Part shown: piece after piece, positions 36,140 to 46,300 of the stretch | Layout of the letters: each line of letters starts with the position of its first letter | How positions within the stretch are numbered: the stretch's first letter is position 1 | Virus record (IMG/VR): IMGVR_UViG_3300048580_000163 | Location: 1 to 64,000 of that record | Direction: 5' to 3' (one strand) | Origin: an uncultured virus (IMG/VR IMGVR_UViG_3300048580_000163) | Lineage: Duplodnaviria > Heunggongvirae > Uroviricota > Caudoviricetes | DNA length: 64,000 nt | Notes under the pieces: generated by a model | Seen by the model: only the letters and a program-made list of their open reading frames with translations | What the model was told of the DNA's origin: nothing | The model's database searches: none | Program-made: the position numbers and the translations under genes

Positions 36140-39100
36140 AAAATAATTTTCTTAAGGCAACGGTTAATAAAGATTTTGATGAAAGATTGACGCCTAATGG
36201 TCAGATGACTGATGCAGAGAATGTAATGGTTATTTCTGAAGATAATGGAGGTGTTGGTGTGCTAAAGAATGTAAAGGGTAATTTAAAAGTTACGTCTTTA
36301 AATATAGCTAATTCTGAAACAATTGGGAGTATAGAGGATGATGCAAAGAATAGGGCTTTCTATTTTGTAGCATCTCCTTCTTATGACTATGTTATTCAAT
36401 ATAATATAATTGATAATACCACAGAGATAGTACTTCAGTCAACTCACGGAACAGGTGTATTGAATTTTGATAATGAATATCGCATATCGCATTCTGACTT
36501 ATTTGTAAGTGTAGAAGGTTATGATTTATTGTCTTGGACTGATGGTCTAAACCCTCCAAGAATAATTAATATAGAGAGAGCTAAGACTTATGGTATTGAT
36601 GGTTTTACGGAAGATGAGGTATCTGTAATGAAACCTTCTCCGATATACGCTCCTATAATAACTCTTCAATCAACAGTTACCACAGAATTAACTAATTTCT
36701 TAGAAGATAAATTTTTACAATTTGCTTATAGATATAAATATGAAGATGGGTATTATTCAGCAATATCTTCCTGGAGTCAAGTTGCATTTTTACCTTCTTC
36801 ATTTGCATTAGATTATCAAACCTATGAAAACTTAGGTATGGTTAATTTAGCAAATACAGTTAATATAAGCTTTAATTGCGGGAATAGACACGTTATAGGT
36901 ATTGATTTATTATTTAAGGAAAGTGAAAGTTCTACCGTATATATAATAGATAAGTTTATAAAGAGTGAAGAAGGATGGAACATACCTAATCAATCAATTA
37001 CATACAACTTCTATGGAAATAAAATATATGGTGTATTAGAGGAATCTCAATACTTTAGAAATTTTGATAATGTTCCATTAAAAGCAAAAGCACAATCTGC
37101 AATTGGTAATAGATTAGTCTATGGTAATATTACAGAAGGAAGAGACATACCAGAACCTGTGAAATTAAATGTAGATTATTTCTCATCATCATTGGTTATA
37201 GATGAAAAGGAAGGAATTGTATCTGATGTTGTTAAAAGCACGACATACTCAAATGTAGTAGACTTTGAATTTGGAACGCCAGAAGGTGGCTCTGCTCCTG
37301 TAGATGAAATAGATTATGAAACAAATACAATTATTGTAGACAGAACAACTGATTTTCCATCTGCAACAAATATAGATTTAATTTTAAAGGTATCTCCAAA
37401 AGGAGTTTATTTCGGTTCAACATACTCAGTATATGTAAAAGATGGAAGTACTACATTGTTTTCTACAATAGATGTTTCTGGAGAAGAAAATATAACATAT
37501 ACTATGCCTATTTCTTTAGCAACAATATATAACTTAAAGCTTTATGTTGTTTCTGATGATGGTATGATTTATGATTTAGATTTAGAATATAATGCTTATT
37601 ATGTTGTAGGTCCTAAAATATATGTGTCAAAATACAAATACTATGCATACGACCAATTGTGTTATCCTAAAGATGGAGGATACGATTCAACATTAGCGGG
37701 AGATACAATTATAGATTATTCAGCATCATTTGATTTTACTGATTTTGAATTTGTTTCTGGAATACAAATGCGTTTTGATTTTGAATTACAATCTTCTTTG
37801 GTATATGAAGTTCAACCTGCATTTACATATTTCTATAACCTAACAGATTCTTATACCGACTTAAATGATTTTATGACAAACTCTGGATTTGTACTTGATT
37901 TCGAAGGTACATTTTCATCTGCGTTTTACGACCCTTTAAATCCGAATTCTAAGGCAAGTAATGCTGGAGATATAGTTAGTGTTCAGCCATTTGTTACAAG
38001 TGTTTCTGGAGACATATTGACAATAACAATGCCTTATGTAAAGTATTTTGTTACAGAAGAAAGCACTTGGCAAGAAAATAAAGATGATTTTTATTTAATA
38101 AACTCATTAAACTTTGGTCTTTATAGTGAAGATGCTTTTGCAAGTATGCACTCAAATAGAAACTATACTTGTGATGTAATATATTTAGATGACAAAGGAA
38201 GAAAAACCACAGTTATAAGTGGTGGAGAAACATCTGTTTATATTCCTGCATCAGAAAGCGAAAGAGTTAATTCGATAAGAGTTACTACGGCAAGTAATCC
38301 ACCTTCTTGGGCTAAGTATTATAAATTTGCTATAAAGGAAACAAAGAGAGAGTATGACACAATATATGGAAATGTTGTTTATGAAGATGGTATTTATAGA
38401 TGGATACAATTAGTTGGTGAAAACAAAAATAAAATAAAAGAAGGTGATGTACTAGAATTAAAATCAGATTACTCAGGACCTACAGAAATACCAATACAGA
38501 TAAAAGTGTTGGAGGTAGCTACCCAACTAAAAGACTTTTTGCCAGACAACGAAACATCTGGAGGAGATCCTATTCTTGAGTCAAGTGGTCTTTACTTTAA
38601 GATAAAACAAGGAGCTTTCGATATAAATATAGATGGAGACACATTTGTAACGTACGAAGGATTTAGAAGTCAAAGATATATGAGGGGAGATGAAGTTTAT
38701 ACTGCTCCTTTGTTTGGTGAGTTTGATGATTCGACAGTTCCTGTTTTTATTCCTACTCCAGTTAAGAATGGCAGTCAAATAAGATTCTTTGTTAGGATGT
38801 ATATGTTTAAGAATGGAGCTTTCGACCAACAAGTAGAGATAATAAAATTCGCAGAAGATGATTACGATTCTATTAGAGAATGGTGGGAAGCTGAAATAGC
38901 TGATAATCAAGCTTGGTTAAACTTTGCAGAAGATAGACTTCAGGATTTTGGCTGGGATGAAAATAAAAGATTTTATGTTGCGTCTAATAGAGACGGTACA
39001 GCAAGAAGTAATGTTCGTTTAAATGTGGTATTTGATGTTAAATTTTCATCTGGAACTTTAATATTTGAAAACTACAAAGAAGAGCAATTAAATGCACCTT

Positions 39101-40587
39101 ATTTTGAAAGTGTAGAAACATATAATGTCGTTGGTGGAAATCATTTTTCTGGAAATGCATTAGCTCCAAATGTACATATATTAAAGAAAACATTTAACTG
39201 TTTCACTTTTGGAAATGGTTGCGAAAGTAACACTATTAAGGATTCGTTTAATGGAAAAAGATTTTATATAAACTCAAATCCAACATCTATAACGGAAGAC
39301 ATATATAGACAAGTAAATAGATATGCTGATTTAACATATTCTGGTGTTTATCAGGAAAGCACTGGAGTTAATAAACTTAATGAATTCAATTTATCTTTAG
39401 CTAATTATAAGGATGATTTAGTTAAGAAATACGGAAGTATTATAAGACTTGATTCAGACCAAACTGATTTACTTGTAATTCAAGAGGATAAATGGAGTAA
39501 GGTATTGTATGGTAAGGATTTATTATATAACACAGACGCAACAACTAACCTATCAAGAATTGAAGATGTATTAGGTCAACAAGTTTTATATGCTGGAGAA
39601 TACGGAATATCATCACACCCTGAGTCTTATGATGACTACGGAACAAATGCTTTCTGTACTGATGACAAGAGAGGTGTTGTATTAGGTATGAATAACTCTA
39701 ATGGTCTTAGTGAGATAAGTAATTCAGGAATGAGGGATTACTTTAAAACCTTATTTAGAGATAATGAAATTGTAAATGTAATTGGTCAGTATGATGCATT
39801 CTTTGACATATACATTATGAATATCAAGTACAAAATTAAGGGGAAAGATTATACATCTTTACCAGTTAAGTATGATTATGTTACTTGGTCTTACTCTCCA
39901 GAGGTAAATGGATTTTTAGGTAGACAATCGTTTGACCCTGATAGTATGTTGAGAGTGAACAATGAATTCCTATCATTCAAAGGAGCAGATGTTTACAAGC
40001 ACAATGTGGGGTCTTATAATAACTTTTACGGAACATTAGGTCAATCTACATTTGCATTTAACTTTAATGAAGAGCCTTCAACAAGAAAGATATTTAAGAA
40101 TATATCTATAGAAGGTAATTCAGCTTGGAATGTAGAAGTTAGTACAGATATGCAGAATGGATACGCATATTCTTCTGACTTTCTTAATAAAGAAAATGTT
40201 TATTACTCATACATAAGAGGATTAGATTCTTTAGATTTAAAGACATTATCTGTAACAGGATTGGGCGTTATCCAGAATATAATTGGATCTGACTACTTCC
40301 TTAGCGAAGTACCAAGTTCAGTTAGTGTTGGAGATAAGATATATAACACAAATAGAAATTTATTTGGAACAGTTTCTGGAATAGGACCTGACTACATAAG
40401 TATAACACCTGAACCATTTATTACATTCATAGTAAATATAGGAGACTTTATATTATCTTCAAAACCTAGCTCAATTGAAACGTCTGGTATTAGAGGGTAT
40501 TATATGAATACACGATTTAATTTACAAACCACAGGTTATGCTGAGGTGTACGCTATAAATTCAGAAGTCGCAAAATCTTTTGAATAA
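36127..40587 (+). CDS. Tail nozzle/stabilisation protein (P22 gp10-like)
   Basis: VNKDFDERL.P.G...DAENV, WTDGLNPPR, FAYRYKYEDG. Confidence 0.7.
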   Translation: MAKIKNNFLKATVNKDFDERLTPNGQMTDAENVMVISEDNGGVGVLKNVKGNLKVTSLNIANSETIGSIEDDAKNRAFYFVASPSYDYVIQYNIIDNTTEIVLQSTHGTGVLNFDNEYRISHSDLFVSVEGYDLLSWTDGLNPPRIINIERAKTYGIDGFTEDEVSVMKPSPIYAPIITLQSTVTTELTNFLEDKFLQFAYRYKYEDGYYSAISSWSQVAFLPSSFALDYQTYENLGMVNLANTVNISFNCGNRHVIGIDLLFKESESSTVYIIDKFIKSEEGWNIPNQSITYNFYGNKIYGVLEESQYFRNFDNVPLKAKAQSAIGNRLVYGNITEGRDIPEPVKLNVDYFSSSLVIDEKEGIVSDVVKSTTYSNVVDFEFGTPEGGSAPVDEIDYETNTIIVDRTTDFPSATNIDLILKVSPKGVYFGSTYSVYVKDGSTTLFSTIDVSGEENITYTMPISLATIYNLKLYVVSDDGMIYDLDLEYNAYYVVGPKIYVSKYKYYAYDQLCYPKDGGYDSTLAGDTIIDYSASFDFTDFEFVSGIQMRFDFELQSSLVYEVQPAFTYFYNLTDSYTDLNDFMTNSGFVLDFEGTFSSAFYDPLNPNSKASNAGDIVSVQPFVTSVSGDILTITMPYVKYFVTEESTWQENKDDFYLINSLNFGLYSEDAFASMHSNRNYTCDVIYLDDKGRKTTVISGGETSVYIPASESERVNSIRVTTASNPPSWAKYYKFAIKETKREYDTIYGNVVYEDGIYRWIQLVGENKNKIKEGDVLELKSDYSGPTEIPIQIKVLEVATQLKDFLPDNETSGGDPILESSGLYFKIKQGAFDINIDGDTFVTYEGFRSQRYMRGDEVYTAPLFGEFDDSTVPVFIPTPVKNGSQIRFFVRMYMFKNGAFDQQVEIIKFAEDDYDSIREWWEAEIADNQAWLNFAEDRLQDFGWDENKRFYVASNRDGTARSNVRLNVVFDVKFSSGTLIFENYKEEQLNAPYFESVETYNVVGGNHFSGNALAPNVHILKKTFNCFTFGNGCESNTIKDSFNGKRFYINSNPTSITEDIYRQVNRYADLTYSGVYQESTGVNKLNEFNLSLANYKDDLVKKYGSIIRLDSDQTDLLVIQEDKWSKVLYGKDLLYNTDATTNLSRIEDVLGQQVLYAGEYGISSHPESYDDYGTNAFCTDDKRGVVLGMNNSNGLSEISNSGMRDYFKTLFRDNEIVNVIGQYDAFFDIYIMNIKYKIKGKDYTSLPVKYDYVTWSYSPEVNGFLGRQSFDPDSMLRVNNEFLSFKGADVYKHNVGSYNNFYGTLGQSTFAFNFNEEPSTRKIFKNISIEGNSAWNVEVSTDMQNGYAYSSDFLNKENVYYSYIRGLDSLDLKTLSVTGLGVIQNIIGSDYFLSEVPSSVSVGDKIYNTNRNLFGTVSGIGPDYISITPEPFITFIVNIGDFILSSKPSSIETSGIRGYYMNTRFNLQTTGYAEVYAINSEVAKSFE

Positions 40588-40605
40588 ATACTTTATCTTT
40601 GCAAT

Positions 40606-41013
40606 ATGGATATAAGAATTGCTGAACATACTGATTATAAAATGCTAACAGAGTGGTGGGGTTTTTGGAGATTTCCAGCCCCATCAATCAAGGCATTACC
40701 GCAATATGATTTAGGTAAATTCAATGGAGTTATAGCTTCAGAAGGAGGTAAAGATTTAGCTTGTGGTTTTATGTACACCACTAATTCCAATATGGTGTGG
40801 ATAGAGTTTATGGTTACAAATCCTAAGACCACATCAGAAGAAAGAAATAAGGCTATTTTAAGCGTGTTAGAGGAGTTATCTTTCTCAGCTAAAGAGTTAG
40901 GTTATTCAATTGTGTTTTCGTCTATTAAGAACGAGAATTTAATTAATAAATATGTAGAGAACGGGTTCTCTATAGGAACAAGAGGAACAACTGAATTAAT
41001 AAAAATACTATAA
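40606..41013 (+). CDS. GNAT-fold virion assembly protein
   Basis: AKELGYSIVFS...YVENGF; sits between nozzle and ejection genes as in podoviruses. Confidence 0.6.
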   Translation: MDIRIAEHTDYKMLTEWWGFWRFPAPSIKALPQYDLGKFNGVIASEGGKDLACGFMYTTNSNMVWIEFMVTNPKTTSEERNKAILSVLEELSFSAKELGYSIVFSSIKNENLINKYVENGFSIGTRGTTELIKIL

Positions 41014-41025
41014 AAAATATATAAG

Positions 41026-41817
41026 ATGGCCGCAGCTACGAGTATTGCAATGGCAGGTGTAGGACTATTAGGTTCTGGATACCAAGCTATAAAGGGAGCA
41101 AAAGATGCGAGAGACGCAAAAAATGCCCTAGATAATTATCAAAGACAAGAGTTTAATAATGTTGCAGAAGGTATGCAAGTTTCTACTTTAGGTGCAGACC
41201 TACAAAGAGAGGAGCAGGCAAGATTAGCTGCTACACAAGTTGGCGCTTTACAAGGAGCTGGCGTTAGAGGTGTACTTGGTGGTCTTGGTAGAGTTGAGGC
41301 AGGTAATCAAATGCTTAATAGACAAATTGGTGCTGAATTAGATGCGCAACAAAAACAGATAGACCAAATGTATGCTCAAGACGAAGCTAACATTAGAAAT
41401 ATGCAAGAGCAAAGAGAGATGCAAGATATATCAGGATTGTCTTCACAATACAATGCTGGTAATCAACAGATGTGGCAAGGTATTGGAGGGATAGCTCAAA
41501 CAGGAATAGCTGGTCTTGGGGCTTTAGGTAAGTCTAATGAAGCTACTAAAGGATTAACTAAAACAGCCGAACAAGCTACAAAGGCATTAGATACTTCCTC
41601 AAATAAAATGAATGAAGCTTTCAGTGGTTTAAACAATACTTTAACTAGAACAGGAGGAAGTGGTTTAGGAGCTATGAATTATTTAGAAAATCAACCTTTA
41701 TTTGGCAATTACAATATACCTTCTTTAACAACACCTGTTCAAAGAAAAGCAAATATAAGTAATAACTTAAGAGGTTATTCTGTTGATCCGTATAGTGGTA
41801 ATTTAATTTTTGAATAA
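41026..41817 (+). CDS. Ejection/internal virion protein
   Basis: A/G-rich hydrophobic N-terminus, Q-rich coils. Confidence 0.65.
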   Translation: MAAATSIAMAGVGLLGSGYQAIKGAKDARDAKNALDNYQRQEFNNVAEGMQVSTLGADLQREEQARLAATQVGALQGAGVRGVLGGLGRVEAGNQMLNRQIGAELDAQQKQIDQMYAQDEANIRNMQEQREMQDISGLSSQYNAGNQQMWQGIGGIAQTGIAGLGALGKSNEATKGLTKTAEQATKALDTSSNKMNEAFSGLNNTLTRTGGSGLGAMNYLENQPLFGNYNIPSLTTPVQRKANISNNLRGYSVDPYSGNLIFE

Positions 41818-41823
41818 AAAGAA

Positions 41824-43293
41824 ATGGCAGTAGTAGGTAATGTAGGAACATACGCTCAAGTACAACCGATTCAAGGTCCTGACTTTGGAGGAATGGTTAA
41901 GGCTGAATTTGATAAGATAGACTTAGCTAAAAAAACTAAGGCAGCAGCTATAGCGAAAGCAAAGGCAGATGAATTAAAAGATAGAAAAGACCCTAATGCT
42001 TATTCAGCTTCTGGTCTAGCTGGATATGATGAATCTATGTCTAAATTATATAAAGACTTTTACAATAGTGCAATAGAGAATAAAAAGCTATACGAAAAAA
42101 CAGGAGATTCTAGGTATCTATACGAATACGATAAGACTGTAAACGAAATGAATACCATAACAAATGAAGCCAAAGGTTTGGCAGATTACTTTAAGACAGC
42201 TGAAGACTTGGCTAAATCTGGTAAGTTAAATAAAGATAATTACGATGAAGTAATGTCTGATTTACAACAACTTAGAGATGGTAAGGCTAAGTACATATTT
42301 AAAGATGGTAGAGGATTTGTTCAATTGTATGACCAAGATGGCACAGAGAGAGAGCCTCAATATATAGGTGGGTTTGTAAAAGACAATCTAAATCTTGTAG
42401 GGGATATTGAATTAAATGATGAATATAAAAAAGTTGTAGATAGAGTTACAGCTCCATTAAAAGAAAGTGGTAGTTATTATAGCAATGTTAAGGTTAGAGA
42501 TATAAATTCTCCAGAGGCTCAACCTCAAAGAGAAGCTATACAATTAGCGGCAGACGCATTAGCTGGAGATAATGCAGCGATGACAAAGTGGTATCAATCT
42601 GAAATAAAGCCTACGACTAAAGTAAGAAAAACAAGTAATTGGACTGATGACGAAAAGAAAGCGGCATCTAAGTACTTTTATGATAATATGGCTAAATCAT
42701 ACGGTAAAGAAGTTGAGAGAGGTTATGGAGCGCCACCTAGTAATAATGGAGGAGGTAAAGGTGACGAGAAGGAAATAATTAAACCTACTGACTTTAGATT
42801 ACCTGGAGGAGGTAAAGGACACGCTTGGGATGCCTCTGGGGCTAAAAACCCTAGAGTATCTTCTTTGAAGGTGAATGTTTATAATGAAAAAGGAAAACCT
42901 GTTGGTACTAAGGTAGTAGATAATCTTGTATTACTTAACGTATATATGGTTAAGAATGCACAAGGTAAAGAATTCATAAAAGTTAAGTATTCAGAGCCTA
43001 CTGGTACAGAAAGTCAAACATATACAAAAGAAGACGTTAGTGACATAGAAAAACAACTTGCTTCATTAAGAAGTAATACAGACGCTTATAACGAAAAGAA
43101 GAATGAACTTGAATTAGCTAAAAGAAGTTTGTCTGGAATAAAGACCACTAACAGAAACGAATTAGTTATACCTAGAGAAGCAGATGACCAAGCTGGTAAC
43201 GTAGCAAATGCATTAGGATTAAGTTCTACCGATGAGTTATTTGATAAATACAGAGAGTTAGCTGGGTTTAATAAGAAGGCTGAATTAGATTAA
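41824..43293 (+). CDS. Ejection/internal virion protein
   Basis: Position and helical composition. Confidence 0.55.
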   Translation: MAVVGNVGTYAQVQPIQGPDFGGMVKAEFDKIDLAKKTKAAAIAKAKADELKDRKDPNAYSASGLAGYDESMSKLYKDFYNSAIENKKLYEKTGDSRYLYEYDKTVNEMNTITNEAKGLADYFKTAEDLAKSGKLNKDNYDEVMSDLQQLRDGKAKYIFKDGRGFVQLYDQDGTEREPQYIGGFVKDNLNLVGDIELNDEYKKVVDRVTAPLKESGSYYSNVKVRDINSPEAQPQREAIQLAADALAGDNAAMTKWYQSEIKPTTKVRKTSNWTDDEKKAASKYFYDNMAKSYGKEVERGYGAPPSNNGGGKGDEKEIIKPTDFRLPGGGKGHAWDASGAKNPRVSSLKVNVYNEKGKPVGTKVVDNLVLLNVYMVKNAQGKEFIKVKYSEPTGTESQTYTKEDVSDIEKQLASLRSNTDAYNEKKNELELAKRSLSGIKTTNRNELVIPREADDQAGNVANALGLSSTDELFDKYRELAGFNKKAELD

Positions 43294-43309
43294 TAATTTA
43301 CACATAAAA

Positions 43310-46300
43310 ATGGACGAATTAAAAAAATTATACGAAGTATTAGTAAGAGAGGGGAAATACACAAAATCCTTTGATGAATTTCAAAATAAATGGTCTAATG
43401 ATGAGCCTTATAAAGACAAGGTTTATGAGGTTGTAAAAAGAGATGGTCTTTACTCTAAAGATAAAGACTCGTTCTTACAGAAATACTCAAGCGTAACGTC
43501 AAAAAAAAAAGTAGAATCGACTGGTACTTCAGAAGAAGCTCCTTCGGTATCTCCTGTACAACAAACGAAAGCAAAGTCTTTTTCGGTTGGAGGAAAACCT
43601 CTTCAAACTGGGGCTTCGGCATCTTCTGTTGGGAAAAATAAAGCCTTATTTGGCGCACCTGTTCAGTCTTTTACAGAGCAAAAGTCAAAAGAATTTAAAG
43701 AAGCGAAGAAGAAAGAAATTACTGTAATTGATAAAAAACCTGTAGTAGATATAACTTCTCAGTTCAATGTAAAACCAAATACATTTACGGAAGCTGTATC
43801 TGCTCAAGTTGATAATGATTTTAAAGTTGCTCCAGTATCCCCATTAAGCGTAGTGGTGTCTGAAAAACAAAAGCAAAGAAAAGCGTCTCAACAAGAAGGT
43901 CTTGATAATTACTTAACCAAAGAAAGCATAGATTTCGAAGATGCTTTAGCTGGTAAAGGATTTCTTAATAATGTAGAAAATTTTGCAAGAGGCTCTTGGA
44001 ATACAGCCTTAGCCTTAGCTTCTAATTTGCCATTTGGTATTGGGGAGAAAGCAAGTGAAGTAATAGGAAGCACTGGAGTTGTAGCTGATAAAACATCTGT
44101 AGATAAATACTTTAATAAAGCAAAGCAAGAGTTTGAAAAAGAAGGTAAAAGCGTAACTCCTGAGAGATTAAAAGAAAGAGCAAAAGAGATAAAATTAAAG
44201 GAAGCTAAGGATAATTATATTGAGAATCAAGACGCTGAATTCTTAAACGAAATAAAAAATGAAGAATATGTAGACCCTAAATCTGGTGAAGTTATTAAAA
44301 TTCAAGATGCATTAAGAATAAATGATTTTGAAAAATACAATACACTAAATAAAGAGTCTGTAAAATACTCAAACCTATTAAAATTAAATAAAGAGAAGGT
44401 AGATGGTTTTTATAATGACTTAAAGCAAACTAAGAATGTATTAAACCACCAGATAATATTTGGTAACTTTGATTACGCTACAGATATATACAATGGTCTT
44501 TTAAATAAAGAAGATAAGAATCAAGATGATTTAGATTTTATATCTTACTACGAAACTAATAAAGATAAAGCTGCATCTAGCCCTATAAATCCTAATTTAA
44601 AGCAAATAGTTAGTAAGTTAGAGGAAGAAATTAAATCTAAAGCAGACGACTTTAATTCTGCATTAGATACTCAACTTAACTACATAGAGAAATTTGATAA
44701 ATCATTCACTGGAAAAGAAGATGCTTATGACGACTTCGATAACTCAAGAAGAAGTTACGATGGTGTTTTTGGAGATAAGGTTTATTTATCGGCAGCAGAG
44801 ACAGTGAATGGAACTATTAAGACAATTCAAACATTAGCTGAATTATCAGACAAACTTAAAGGTAAAATAGGTCTTCCTTTACAAGGAGCTGACTCATACC
44901 TATTCAATAAAGTATTTAAAGATTATAATTACTACGACTTTTCTAAAGAGTTAGAGAAACAAAAAGAACTTGTAAGAGAAGATGTAAAGGAAGTAACTAA
45001 CGCAAGTAGTTTACTAAACTATGTATCAGATGTAACAGCTACTCAAACAGGTCAAATGGCTTTACCTATGCTTGCTGGATATGGAAAAGTAGCTATGCCT
45101 TTATTAAGACAATCTGCCGTTTATTTTTCATCAGGTTTTGGTAGAGGTGTTGGTGAATCTGAAGAATTTGAAGAGAGGTTTAAAAGAGGTTTAGTTGAGC
45201 CTGGAGAGATAGGTAAAGTACATACGTTTGCTGAGAAGTTGATTCACGGAGGTATTACTGGAGGAGCTGATATATTAGGTAATTTGCCAACAGCCTTAAG
45301 GTTATCCAAATCATTTAACTCGCTACTTTCAAAACCAGAGACTGCTAATATATTTTGGAAAAGCTGGACCAAAAAAGGATTAGATGAGGCAAAAGAACTT
45401 GGTACTGATTTATTAAAAGAGAACACGGAAGAGTCTTTAGCTGAAATATTCCAGGACTTATCAAGAGTATTTGTGCTTAATGAAGATGGCGTGAATATAG
45501 GTCAATCTATTGATGATGTAATAAAAGATACTACAACATTTACATTAATATCTAAAATATTCCCACTTATGGGTAGAGGTGTTATAAATAGAATTGCATC
45601 TACTTCTGACAAGAATAAGATTTCTGAACTTGAAAAAGAGTTGTATTATTGGAAAGGAAAACTTGGTGAAAATGTTAGTGAAGAAACTAAAGCTATATAT
45701 TCCGATAGAATTTCTAAGATACAATCAAATATAGATAAGACCAATTTATCTATAATAGATAAGGTTAAGAAAGATGCTGGAGGAGTAAGTGCTATTGAAT
45801 CTTTAAATACAGAAATAGATAATATGCTTCAAGAGGCTAATAAGATAAATGAGAACAAAGAATTATCTAAAGAAGAAAAGAAGGTATTATTAGATGCTCA
45901 AAAAGAATTATACACTTCGTTGATTTCTAACAGAGATGCGTTAATAGATGGAAGTAAAACATCATTTGATTTATTACCTGAAGAAGTTCAGACTAAATTC
46001 AAAGATGAAGCAAAAAGTATATTAAAACAAGCATTGATTGATAAAGGAGAAGAAGAAACTTTAATAAATATAAATGCAGAATCAATAAACAACAAAGCAA
46101 AAGAATTATATAACCAAAAAATAGAAGAAGATGCAAAAAGAAAGCAAACTGATGGGCAAATCACCAGTGAAGAAAAGCCTACAACCACAGCCGAAGAACA
46201 AACCGTTAGCACAACACAGCAAGAAGGTAATGTCGGGTTGCAAGAAAAAATAAATTCTGTAGAGTTAGATTTTAATAATAATAACTTAGATAAAATAGAA

